From positions 1 through 31,510 of the forward strand of contig NEEC01000210.1 in assembly GCA_002189035.1 (NCBI GenBank): DNA of 31,510 nt, read 5' to 3'. Position 1 is the stretch's first letter. Each line of letters opens with the position of its first letter. The notes under the pieces are model-generated. The model was not told the origin of the DNA. It worked only from the letters and a program-made list of their open reading frames with translations, and searched no databases. Origin of the DNA: Utricularia gibba (lineage: Eukaryota > Plantae > Magnoliophyta). Of the stretch, positions 11,673 through 22,231 are shown one piece after another. A program made the translations under genes and the position numbers.

Positions 11673-12838
11673 CTTTACGAAAGAAAACAGCGACCTTTAT
11701 GGCTACGGCGATCCAGGAAATGCCCCTAGAGTCTTTGCAATTTCTCTCTGGTTGAAGATGGCCTCTACTTATAGAACGAGAACGGGATCCGTATAACAAA
11801 AGGCAAGCGTGGTCACATGCGGATCTGGGGCAAGAGTTGTAGACTCAATGGTAGGTGGGTCATGGCCCCCAAGCCTTCTCAACCGTTCAGCGGTTTAGGT
11901 GGATCTGGGAGATTCTCGTGGAGATTGACCGGAGTCGGTGAATGACAGCGATCGCCGACAGGTTGGTAAGCCGTATTACTTGATTCATGCCTACTGACGT
12001 TGTACAAGGAGAGGGGAAGCTCAAGTCTTTATCAATACCAACCATGTAAAATGGAGGCATATTCATTCTATTTGACCGCACAAATCCCATGCTTTTGAGA
12101 CAAAGAAGCAACCACTTCCAAGAGGGACGGATGCTGCGAACGCCATTTGAGACTGTCTCTTGATCAACGAGCAAGAAGAGATGTACATGTGCAAATTACC
12201 AACTTGGCCCAAAAGATTTAAGCTTTCATCCTATGCATCAGCAGCATGGACGTTATCATAAATATTATGCTGGAAATGGGCCAGAAGCATACGCAATCAT
12301 GCTAACAGCAATTCCCAGTTTTCTCAGAAGAACATCAGCAGGTGGTAGTTGTGGAAGGTGGCAGATCTTCAACATTCGCTTTGACTCTTGGGAGATTTCA
12401 TGCCCCAAACCTGGCTTCTTTGACTACACTGGCGCTTTACTCGGCTAGTTATCTTGAAAATGTGTTTTCTGAAGAGCTGCTCCTGGGGCAAATGCGGCAG
12501 GGTAAAACTCCTTAAATGTCTGGTACATTGGTGCTTCATGCAGGTGTGTGGAACGCCTTCATGTATGCATTCCCCAGTTTTCGAGTGGGATTCATGATCA
12601 TCGGAGCTGCACTTTCTGGCTTGAAGATAGAGAGCAAATGGACCTTAAAAGACTTGCTATCACATCCTTATAAAGGCTCCGTACGCTTACTCGATCAGAC
12701 GAGTTTCAAGCAGGATCATGAGTTGTCAACACTTGGCCTGGTTATATTCTGAAAATTTGACCCGCCAATTCCTATTTTTGTCCCAATTTTCAGGCCCTGA
12801 GCTCCTAGATCATGTTTCTGAACTCTCAAGGGGTTAGT

Positions 12839-14924
12839 TCATGAATCATCCTCGGAGAATGGCAAGAGTTTATCTGTAACCGGCGTGTCCTTGGAACACC
12901 GGTAAATTTGGTGGAGCATCATCTCTATTTCCTGAATTTGAGGATGAGATTGGCCTCCGGAAAGAAATTCATGAAAAACACCATTTTCTTCAAGTATGCT
13001 GCATCCTGGAGTTTTAACAACACCTTGTCTCATCATGTTTCCTCTGATCTCCCGGACATCAGCCCATCGTCCGTGTGAAGCATAGATGTTGGACAGCATC
13101 ACATGGAATCCATCGTTCTCAGGCCGAAGTTGTATCAGCTTCCTGCCTATTCTTTCTCCGATTTCCCTATCACCATGCTGTGTGCAAGCTCCAAGGAGAG
13201 CGCCCAGTGTCATTTCGTCTGGCTCCAGAGGCATACTCTCGATTAGTTCCTCCGCCTCCTTGAGCAGCCCCCTCCGCCCGAGAAGATCAACAACACATCC
13301 GTAGTGCTTGAGATTCGGTTTTATGTTGTATTCACTCATCAAATCGAAGTACTTCAGCCCCTCCTTGACCAGGCCGTTGTGCCTGCAAGACCCGAGAACT
13401 GCTACGAAGGTTATCTCATTAGGAACAGCACCATATTCCTTCATCTGCTCAAACATGCCCAGTGATGCTTCAACGTGCCCATTCATGGCCAGCCCAAGAA
13501 TTACAGCGTTCCAAGAGGAAACCCCCCTTTCCTCCATCCCCCAGAAAACCTCCATAGCATTACCCACACTCCCGCACTTCATATACATGTCAATGAGAGT
13601 GGTGCCGAGAATTGGGTTCACCTTCACCTTGTTCTTCCTTATGTATGCATCTATCCACTTGCCTCGACCTAAAGCTGAAAGTTCAGCACATGCTGAGATG
13701 ACGCTGACAAGTATGGTTTCATCTGGATGAATGCCTTGTAACTGCATATCCTGAAACAACTCCAGCGTCTCTGAAAACATCCCATGCTGACAGTAACCGG
13801 AAATCATGGAGCCCCAAGATACGATGTCCTTCTCAGGCATTGCATGAAACAGATCTCTAGCCTTGTCAATCAAACCGCTCTTGGCATATCCAAATACCAT
13901 GGAGTTCCAAGATATCAAGTCCAAGTAACTACAATTTCTGAACAGCTGCTCTGCAGCAAGAACGTCCCCACATGTGGAATACATGTGAATCAGAGCATTG
14001 TCCAGATTTACGTAGTGTTCCAGACCAACTTTGATGACCAAACAATGAACCAGCTTCCCAGTGTAGAAGCTCTGCAAATTTGAGCAAACAGACAGCACAG
14101 ACACAATTACAACTTCGTCTACTCGGATTCCATTCTTACGCATGCTGAAAAATACTGCCAAAGAAGACTCGTACATTGCGTTCTGCTCGTAGCCTGATAT
14201 CATGGCTGTCCAAGAAACCAAATCTTTCTCCTCCATCTCACTGAACAACTGCTGCGCTTCGTTCATCTTTCCAGCTTTACCGAGAAGGACGATCAACGAA
14301 TTCGATGCAATCACATTCTTTACCGGCATCTGAGCGTAGAGCAATTTCGCCTCTTCAACATGCCCTCCTGATACATAACCAGCCAGCATTGAATTCCAAG
14401 AAACAGAATCCAGTACAAGACTTTCATCGAACAACTTCCGAGCATAACCTACACTTCCACACACGGAATACATATTGATCAAATTGTTGACAACATAAAC
14501 ATCGCTCTCAAATCCCAGTTTCACCACATGCCCATGCAACTCCGTTCCCTTAAAATAAGCCATTCCAAGAGCACAACCCTGAAGCAAAATCGGAAAAGTA
14601 TAGTTATCTACGCACTCGGAGCTATCTCTTAACATCAATCTGTACAGAGAAATGGATTCCTCAATCCCATTTTCTCGCAGAACTGCTCGAAACATGGTGT
14701 TCCAAATGAACCCATTTCGGTTCTCGATGTTGAAGAAGATCTTACGAGAGTAGTCGGCGTGAACGAAAGGTGAATCGGCGGAAAACTTAAGAATCCGGCT
14801 GGCCGCGTAAACATCTTTGAATAGTCCGGTGACGATTACCTGGCAAAGAGTTTGATCGAACAGGCTGCCACTGTGGCATTGCAACAAGAGATTCTCCAGA
14901 GATCCGCAAGTTATCGTTATCCTC
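12839..14924 (-). CDS. PLS-class PPR protein with E/E+ domain (main part, codons ~16-710), cut off from its start codon by the copia element
   Basis: The frame is open from the LTR junction (RITITCGSLENLLLQCHS...) through repeated P/L/S motifs (DSVSWNSMLAGY, DLVSWTAMISGY, DIVSWGSMISGY, GVSSWNAVILGL), the E motifs (HYGCVVDLLGRRG) and the PG box (KTPGCSILE). There is no DYW domain. Confidence 0.93.
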
Positions 14925-15369
14925 TGTCAGCAAGTGGTGGAGCAACGAAGATCCGGGAAGTCTCAACCCGCGAAGATGAATGGCGCGCGACCTCTGTTCC
15001 TCCCATGAGAAGCAACCCTCAATTAGATTGGGAAAAAGGCCTTATCATACTTGGGCCTCAACATTCCAAACTACTGGCCAAGAAGAAGCATCTGAAGCCC
15101 AGTCCATGAAAGAAGTCCTAGTAAATTCTGGCTGCTACACAGTAGATGAACAAGAGGACTAATCTACAGACTAAAGGCAACGGTCATATTTTAGGCCTGA
15201 TATGATCCAACGGGCAACTCTCCTCATCTATATAAATCCCTGTTTGCTTTATGAAAAAAAAGGAAAGTTCTTTTCGATCCAAAAACAATAGTCAATATCC
15301 ACAAACTTCAACATTCTCTCAACGTTCAACCAAGTCTCCAACAAAATCAAGCAGCCAAAAATACTTTTA
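14925..15369 (+). repeat. 5' LTR (445 bp), TG...TA
   Basis: Starts TGTCAGCAAG, ends AATACTTTTA, contains TATA box CTATATAAAT (~15229). Matches the 3' LTR except GGCC versus GGCCC at ~15077. Confidence 0.97.
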
Positions 15370-15387
15370 TGGTGAACCCGACGTGAA
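15370..15387 (+). promoter_or_regulatory. Primer-binding site complementary to the 3' end of cytosolic tRNA-Trp(CCA)
   Basis: TGGTGAACCCGACGTGAA abuts the 5' LTR. Its reverse complement TTCACGTCGGGTTCACCA equals the 3' 18 nt of plant tRNA-Trp as recalled from memory (...GTTCGATTCACGTCGGGTTCA-CCA). Confidence 0.88.
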
Positions 15388-15434
15388 GATACTTCACCGA
15401 CTCCCATCTCCTCTTATCATTGCAGTCTCTCAGA

Positions 15435-18400
15435 ATGGCAGCCCTCCAACAAGCTCCTCCAATCTTCACTGGTCAGCGCTACGCTTCTTGGGCAGTACGA
15501 ATGGAAAGTTACCTGCAAATGAACGACTTATGGTCTGTGGTGGATCCTGTACGTCCAGACTCCTCTGAAATAGCCACAGCAGAAAGTCTCAAACTCACAG
15601 ATGCTCAAGTAAAGAAAGCTAAGTATGCTCTGGATCAAGCCTTATCTGAAGAAGTGTTCAACCGTGTTATGCTACTGAAAAGTCCCAAAGACATCTGGAA
15701 AAAATTGGAGGAATTCTACGGAGAGGATACGGAAGCCCGTGAGAGCCGCATTCAACGTCAATGGGAGCTCTTTGACAACCTGAAATTCTTACCAGGTATG
15801 AGTATCTCTCATTTTTCAGAAACGCTAATCAAAATTGTCACTGAGTTACAGACCTTGGGAGAGCCCTTGGAAGACAGAAGAATTAAATCAAAAATACTCA
15901 GTTCCCTACCGCGGTCCTTTGCCCCTGTAGTCACTACTTTGCGGGTCACAGGCATTCACTCCATATCCTCCAGAAAACTACTAGAAAGACTCAGTGAATC
16001 CGAAGTTGAAGTCGGACTTGGTGAAGGCCAGGAACTTGCCTTCAAGGCAACAGAAAATCAGAAAGGCTATGGTTCTCAATCATCAAATGAACCGGTGATC
16101 TTTCAAGCAAAAATTGAGAAACCAAGTACTGGAGATTCATGCCCATTCTGCAAGCGAAAAGGCCATTCACCAACACAATGTTTCTGGAGCCCTGACGCCA
16201 AATGCCTGTACTGTTCTCTCCAAGGTCATGTGGACAAAGTGTGTCCCCTGAAAAAATACCATCAGATTGGAGGAAAGGCTGCAGATCCTAAGGACAAACT
16301 TACTAGCGCTATGAATGATGTAAATCTCGCAGCTGAAATGAATAAGAAGAAGATTGATATTTACTCTCTGCGCCGCAAAACTCTAATCACATCATTTGTG
16401 GATCTAAGGAAACAAGACATCTGGTTTATCGATAGCGGATGCAGTCATCATATAACCAACGACAAGAGTCTATTCACAACCTTCATCGAGCTAACTGGGA
16501 AAGTAATCGAAATTGCTGATGGAAATCACTTACAGGTCATCGGTCAAGGAACAGTTTGCCTTGAAACTGTCCAGAAATTAATCAAGATCACAGACGTGTA
16601 TCTGGTGCCCCAGGCCTACCACAATCTACTAAGCACTGGCCAGCTGGTTGAAAAGGGGATGAAAGTTCATCTGGAAAGTAATGAGTGCAAAATATTAGAT
16701 GAAGAAGATAATATACTCCTTACGGTTGCTATGACTGATAGGGTCTTTCCACTGCTTCCGAATGCTACATCCATCGATTACAACATTTGCCTCAAGTCCC
16801 TAGAATCATCTGAGATTTGGCACCAACGGTTAGGTCACCATCACTATGCCTCCCTTATATCCATGAAGAAGAGAAACCTGGCAGAGGGGATTCCTAATAT
16901 AATTCCTGAGGAAAAACACTGCAGAATATGCTTTCAAGGGAAGATGAGCCGAACACCACTCCCTAAGTCCAGCATTCATTCTCAGAAAAAATTGGAAGTT
17001 GTTACCAGTGACGTCTGTGGGCCCATGGCCTCTCCTACTCGAGCCGGCAACAAATATTACGTGATCTTTATTGACGAATATTCAAAGTATACCTGGATCT
17101 ATCTCCTGAAGCATAAATCAGAGGTTTTGCACCACTTCCAAGTCTTCAAGGTCCTTGCAGAAACTCAAAGCAATAGTAAGATTCTAACACTCCGGTCAGA
17201 CAACGGAGGTGAGTACAAATCAACTGAACTGAGACACATTTGTGAGACAAATGGTATTACTCACCAGTTTACAACGCCATATACGCCAGAGCAGAACGGC
17301 ATATGTGAACGAAAGAACAGGACAATAGTCAATATGGCTCGGTGTCTACTCTATCAAAAACACTTACCTCTAGAATTCTGGGGCGAAGCAGTCAACACAG
17401 CCGTGTATCTGTTGAACCGCCTGCCAACCAAAGGAAATAAAGACTGTAAAACTCCTTATGAGCTATGGTACAACAAAATTCCAAGCCTAGATCACATGAA
17501 GGTATTTGGATCACCCTGCTATATATACATTCCAAAGGAGAAGAGATCAAAATGGGACAAAAGATCTGATGAAGGAATTTTCCTGGGATATAGCAATACA
17601 AGTAAAGCCTACAGGGTACTGAATCTAAGAACAAATGAGGTGGAACTCAGTCGTGATGTAACAGTAGACGAGACTAGAATTTACAACTGGAGTTCCTCGA
17701 CAACACATGACAAAAATCATTCTTATTCAGAAAATATATGGAATTTATTCCCTCAACAAGGACATGATGCAACAACCGAACCCCTCAGCATCCACCCAGC
17801 GAGGAACAGTCCTAGTCAAGACTCTATTCAACAAGAAATGACAGCCTCAGGAACAAATATGTTAAGGGTCCAAGCAACCCTAGAAGATCAAATCACAAAC
17901 TCAAATGATCGAGCCTCAAACTCAACAGATTTAAGAGGACACTCGGTGTCAACGACAGACATCCTAGAAGTCTCTAATAGCGAAAATTTGCCACCACCTA
18001 GTCCTGATGTTCCGAGAACAATTGAGCCCGAAAGCCCCTGTACAACAGAAGATCCTGTTAATACCCAACAGTTTCCAGAAGGCTCCTTGGCCACTACTAT
18101 CGAAGACATGAGATATGAGGATGCAGACTCAGAGCACATACCTGAACAAACTCTAGAATGTCATGAAACCCTCATCAACAGCATCAGAAATCCAAAGGAA
18201 ATCACTGAGCTATCATCAACCGATACATCAGAAGAAGAAAACTCATCAGGAGAAGATGAAGAAACTCAAAACCGAGGACCCAACCTAGCAGCAAGAAATC
18301 CTATACTCATTCCCTCACCTCAAAGGCAAAGTTACCTGGAAGATTACGGACAAGAAGGGGTTCCTTACACCCCACATCATCTATGTATGGATCTGAAACA

Positions 18401-20283
18401 AAATGAAGACAGCTCACCTGTGCGAGGATATGCACCAATCAACGATATCTATGATAGGGCATTGAGCACCTATGAACCAGCAAGCGTTCAGGAAGCTCTC
18501 GCTGACCCAGATTGGAAGAAATCCATAGACGAAGAATTCAACTCCATCCAGAAACACGGCGTTTGGACAGCAGTGCCTAAGCCGAAGCAGAAAAAACCTC
18601 TGGACCTAAAATTCATATTCCGTCCCAAGTTAAATCCTGATGGCACTCTGAACAAAAGAAAATCCAGACTGGTGGTAAAGGATATTTACAGAAAGAAGGG
18701 ATTGATTACCTGGAAACCTTCGCTCCGATGGCAAGATTAGACACCATTAAGCTGATTATTGCACTTGCGGCCTGCAACAAGTGGTATTTACATCATCTGG
18801 ACATAAAAACGGCCTTTCTGCATGGAGAGTTAAGCGAAGACATATATGTGAACCCCCTCCAGGTTTCATCATCCGAGATAATCCAGAATATGTACTGAAA
18901 TTAAATAAAGCTTTATACGGACTCAAGCAGGCCCCCAAAGAATGGTATACTACCATTGACACTTTCTTTCTAGAGCTGGGATATACAAGAAGTCAAAATG
19001 ATACTACATTATACATATCTGAGGATATCCAAGGAAAAGTTATTGTCTCCTTATACGTAGACGACATTCTAATCACAGGCAGCAGTGAAGAACGAATTTC
19101 TGAATTACAGAAGCTATTGCAGCAAAGATTTGAACTCACCAATCTGGGACATGCACGTTATTTCCTAGGAATGGAGATCATTCAACATAAAGACTTCATA
19201 TTTTTGAACCAACGTAGATATACAGAGGAACTACTCAAAAAATACAGCATGGAATCATCAAAAGTATCTACTACTCCTTTCTCACCAGAAGTTAGAAAGA
19301 AATTATCTGACCTTAATTCTCATCCAGTTGACTCTCATAACTACCAGAAACTCATTGGCGCTCTGATGTATTTAACTGCTACTAGACCGGATATAACCTT
19401 CGCCGTATCATTTCTGGCCAGATTCATGCATCAGCCACACAACACACACCTGGAAATAGCAACACGTATCCTGAAATATTTGAAGGCCACAACTTCCTTT
19501 GGTTTATATTACAAGAAAGGTACTAACCCTATTTTGCAGGGATTTGTTGATTCAGACTTTGCTGGCGACGAACAAGATTGTAAATCTACCACAGGCTATC
19601 TATTCAACTTAGGATCAGCGGTATTTTCATGGAACAGCAAGAAACAAGCCGTCACTGCACAATCATCGGCAGAAGCCGAATACATCGCAGGAGCTGCTGC
19701 TGCCAACCATGCGCAATGGTTGGTGAAATTATGCGATGACCTGAAAATTCAAATTACAAGACCGATAATACTCAAGATAGATAACAAATCTGCCATTAGC
19801 ATCGCAAAAAATCCTGTGATGTTCGGTCGGACCAAGCACATCAAGCTTAAATACCATATACTCAGAGATTATGTGAAGGAAGGACTGATTAAACTTGAGT
19901 ACTTACCATCGGATGAGCAACCTGCAGATATTCTCACCAAATGCTTATTCCCAAGGAATTTCAACAGAATCAGAGAAATGCTGGGAATTCGGAGAAATCC
20001 TCTTGTGACAACAGCCGGATCTTCATTACTCCCTCAGGGAGGAATGTCAGCAAGTGGTGGAGCAACGAAGATCCGGGAAGTCTCAACCCGCGAAGATGAA
20101 TGGCGCGCGACCTCTGTTCCTCCCATGAGAAGCAACCCTCAATTAGATTGGGAAAAAGGCCTTATCATACTTGGGCCTCAACATTCCAAACTACTGGCCC
20201 AAGAAGAAGCATCTGAAGCCCAGTCCATGAAAGAAGTCCTAGTAAATTCTGGCTGCTACACAGTAGATGAACAAGAGGACTAA
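15435..20283 (+). CDS. Gag-Pol polyprotein of the copia element, with two apparent -1 frameshifts in RT
   Basis: Zinc knuckles [14 protein letters not shown] and [14 protein letters not shown]; protease WFIDSGCS; integrase HQRLGH/CRIC with DDE ([23 protein letters not shown]); RT ([20 protein letters not shown]); RNase H ([22 protein letters not shown]). Single missing bases at ~18680 and ~18850. Confidence 0.95.
20036..20044 (+). promoter_or_regulatory. Polypurine tract
   Basis: AGGGAGGAA immediately precedes the TG of the 3' LTR. Confidence 0.85.
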
Positions 20284-20490
20284 TCTACAGACTAAAGGCA
20301 ACGGTCATATTTTAGGCCTGATATGATCCAACGGGCAACTCTCCTCATCTATATAAATCCCTGTTTGCTTTATGAAAAAAAAGGAAAGTTCTTTTCGATC
20401 CAAAAACAATAGTCAATATCCACAAACTTCAACATTCTCTCAACGTTCAACCAAGTCTCCAACAAAATCAAGCAGCCAAAAATACTTTTA
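20045..20490 (+). repeat. 3' LTR (446 bp), TG...TA
   Basis: Copy of 14925-15369, followed directly by the TSD TCCTC. Confidence 0.97.
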
Positions 20491-20539
20491 TCCTCGAAGC
20501 TTTTACAGCTGAGAAAGCACTCGTCTTCGCCAACTTCAT
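20491..20539 (-). CDS. Start of the PPR gene (ATG and first ~16 codons)
   Basis: The minus strand reads ATG AAG TTG GCG AAG ACG AGT GCT TTC TCA GCT GTA AAA GCT TCG AGG. This continues in frame into the 12839-14924 ORF once the element and one TSD are removed. Confidence 0.88.
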
Positions 20540-20723
20540 ATTCAAATTCCTGAATAGTCTTTTAAGCTTTTTCGTCTTCCAAATGGGTTAAATATGTGTG
20601 CAGAATTAGAGAGATTAGGGTTCAAGGGGAAAACGTGATGTCACTGTAAAATCACAGTGCATTCTACTCAGGTCTTATTGATACATAATTCTCGACTTGG
20701 GCGGCCGCCGGCGGATTTCCACT

Positions 20724-21188
20724 TCACGACTTCACGAGGACTTCCTCAGCAGCGGCGACAGTCTCCCCCTCGAGGCGGAACGCGTCGACGGGAAAGGTGC
20801 GGAACAACCCGGCGGGGGTTCTGAAGATGATTTTATCTGGAGACGAGTCGCTCACTTCGATTTCACTGAGATTAGCCCAAATGAGAAGCTCCTTGCTCTT
20901 AACGCCGGTGAGCTTCTTGATCTTACCTTTCTCGATAACTCCGGTAACCTCTTTAGCGTACTGGACAAGTTTCCCGATCTTCTCGAACTTGTGCTGCGAC
21001 TTCTGCTTCTGAATGAGCCACACGAATCCGGTCTCCTTGACGTGTCCAGCTTCCTCCATGTCCTTCATCGGGAGGAGCCCGTTCGGAAGGCCCATTTCGG
21101 TGAGCAGAGCCTTCGACTTCTCCTGGCACAGGGCATCGCCGGAGTAGACCTCCGCGGCAGCCCTTATCTCGTCGGTAATCTGAGACAT
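20724..21188 (-). CDS. DUF538 protein, SVB/SVB-like clade, 154 aa
   Basis: MSQITDEIRAAAEVYSGDALCQEKSKALLTEMGLPNGLLP...GFVWLIQK...GKIKKLTGVKSKELLIW...FRTPAGLFRTFPVDAF; intronless and intact. Confidence 0.92.
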   Translation of the reverse strand: MSQITDEIRAAAEVYSGDALCQEKSKALLTEMGLPNGLLPMKDMEEAGHVKETGFVWLIQKQKSQHKFEKIGKLVQYAKEVTGVIEKGKIKKLTGVKSKELLIWANLSEIEVSDSSPDKIIFRTPAGLFRTFPVDAFRLEGETVAAAEEVLVKS

Positions 21189-21842
21189 CTTGCCGGGGAA
21201 GACGAACACGAAGCTGAATGGGCCGGATTCGCAGAGCAAGCCATGTGATATATAGACGAAAAAAAGTAGACATTTTTTTGTGCTCGTTTGTGGTCATTTC
21301 CTAAGAACGTTCTTTCACGTGCGATGGACCTCATCGGGTGCAGTGCAGCTTCCTTAAAACGTGCACACTTCAAGTACCAATTCTCACTAATCCAAACAGC
21401 GAAACGACACCGACCATCCAATCACGTAGAAACCCCTAACTGGCCCGACACACGAGACAGAAACCGAAATGATATTATAGTATGTGGTCATTTCTCAACA
21501 TTAAGATCAAAATTTTATGTATACGATACTCATTTTTATCATACAATTAAAAGACCCAATTTAATAATACATACTCACATGGTCTGGTCCAAAATCCCAT
21601 TGAAAAATCAATGTCTAAGTTGATCATTTTGATTTTTTTAAATGAACAATTAAATCGCAATTTGAAGATGTTATTAAATCATGAATAGCATATATAAATG
21701 ATTTACAGTTTTTTTTGTATTTGTATAATAGATATTAATTTTGAGATGCAAAAGTTTAATTCAGTCTTTTAATAAAAGCAAATAAATCATTTATAATAAT
21801 TATTATAAATGTTTAGGACTGATTTTAGACCTTTTTTTATTT

Positions 21843-21880
21843 TACGCGCACGTGGCGTGCAGTTACTGGACACGCGAGAA
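21843..21880. promoter_or_regulatory. Putative ABRE/G-box with coupling-element-like ACGCG motifs upstream of the DUF538 gene
   Basis: CACGTGGC at 21849-21856 flanked by TACGCG and CACGCG, about 660 nt upstream of the minus-strand ATG. Motif match only. Confidence 0.35.
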
Positions 21881-22231
21881 ACGAGGAGATCAGCTGCAGC
21901 GTCCCGGTGTCCTACAAATGGCCAGACCGCAGAGATGTTGGGCAGACACGGTACCATCCCGTGGTCTGACTCCGCGCGAAACCGGCGACACCACCGTCAG
22001 AAACCACCGACTGTGTCGCCTGTGAGGCGCCACCCATGTAGCCCCACGGCATGGGGGCCGTCTGGGCTGCCGCGGGTACCAGAGATTTCGAAAAAGTATG
22101 CATCTTGTAGTGTTGAAGAACTTCGGAGTCGACATTAAAATGGAGGGGATCTCAGTTTCAATGGAAATGGGAACTACAAGAGAAATGAAGAAGAACTACC
22201 TTGCCTCTACTCCTCACTGGATGGATTCGTT

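Larger units (their letters stand above)
14925..20490 (+). mobile_element. Full-length Ty1/copia LTR retrotransposon (5566 bp), probably Ivana/Oryco-like, with 5-bp TSD TCCTC
   Basis: Two ~445-bp LTRs, PBS, PPT and domain order gag-PR-IN-RT-RH (copia order). TCCTC flanks both sides (14920-14924, 20491-20495). The lineage guess rests on gag [20 protein letters not shown] and the pre-RT motif [14 protein letters not shown] and is an inference. Confidence 0.97.

Noticed and set aside
13075-14083. Several plus-strand ORFs over the PPR, and similar antisense ORFs over SAMS, GDSL, DUF538 and GFT1
   Set aside because: Antisense or alternate-frame shadows of real coding sequence with no independent motifs.
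14917-14924. Apparent 8-bp TSD (TTATCCTC on both sides)
   Set aside because: The extra TTA is also present at the end of the 5' LTR before the PBS, so it belongs to the LTR. A 5-bp TSD is the copia norm.
14852-15162. Stand-alone ORFs in the 5' LTR, or an env-like gene
   Set aside because: They are the LTR copy of the pol extension frame broken by a 1-nt difference. There is no transmembrane env-like ORF between RNase H and the PPT.
18670-18860. Programmed ribosomal frameshifting within pol
   Set aside because: The shifts fall inside conserved RT motifs, lack slippery heptamers and resemble the single-base losses seen throughout the window.
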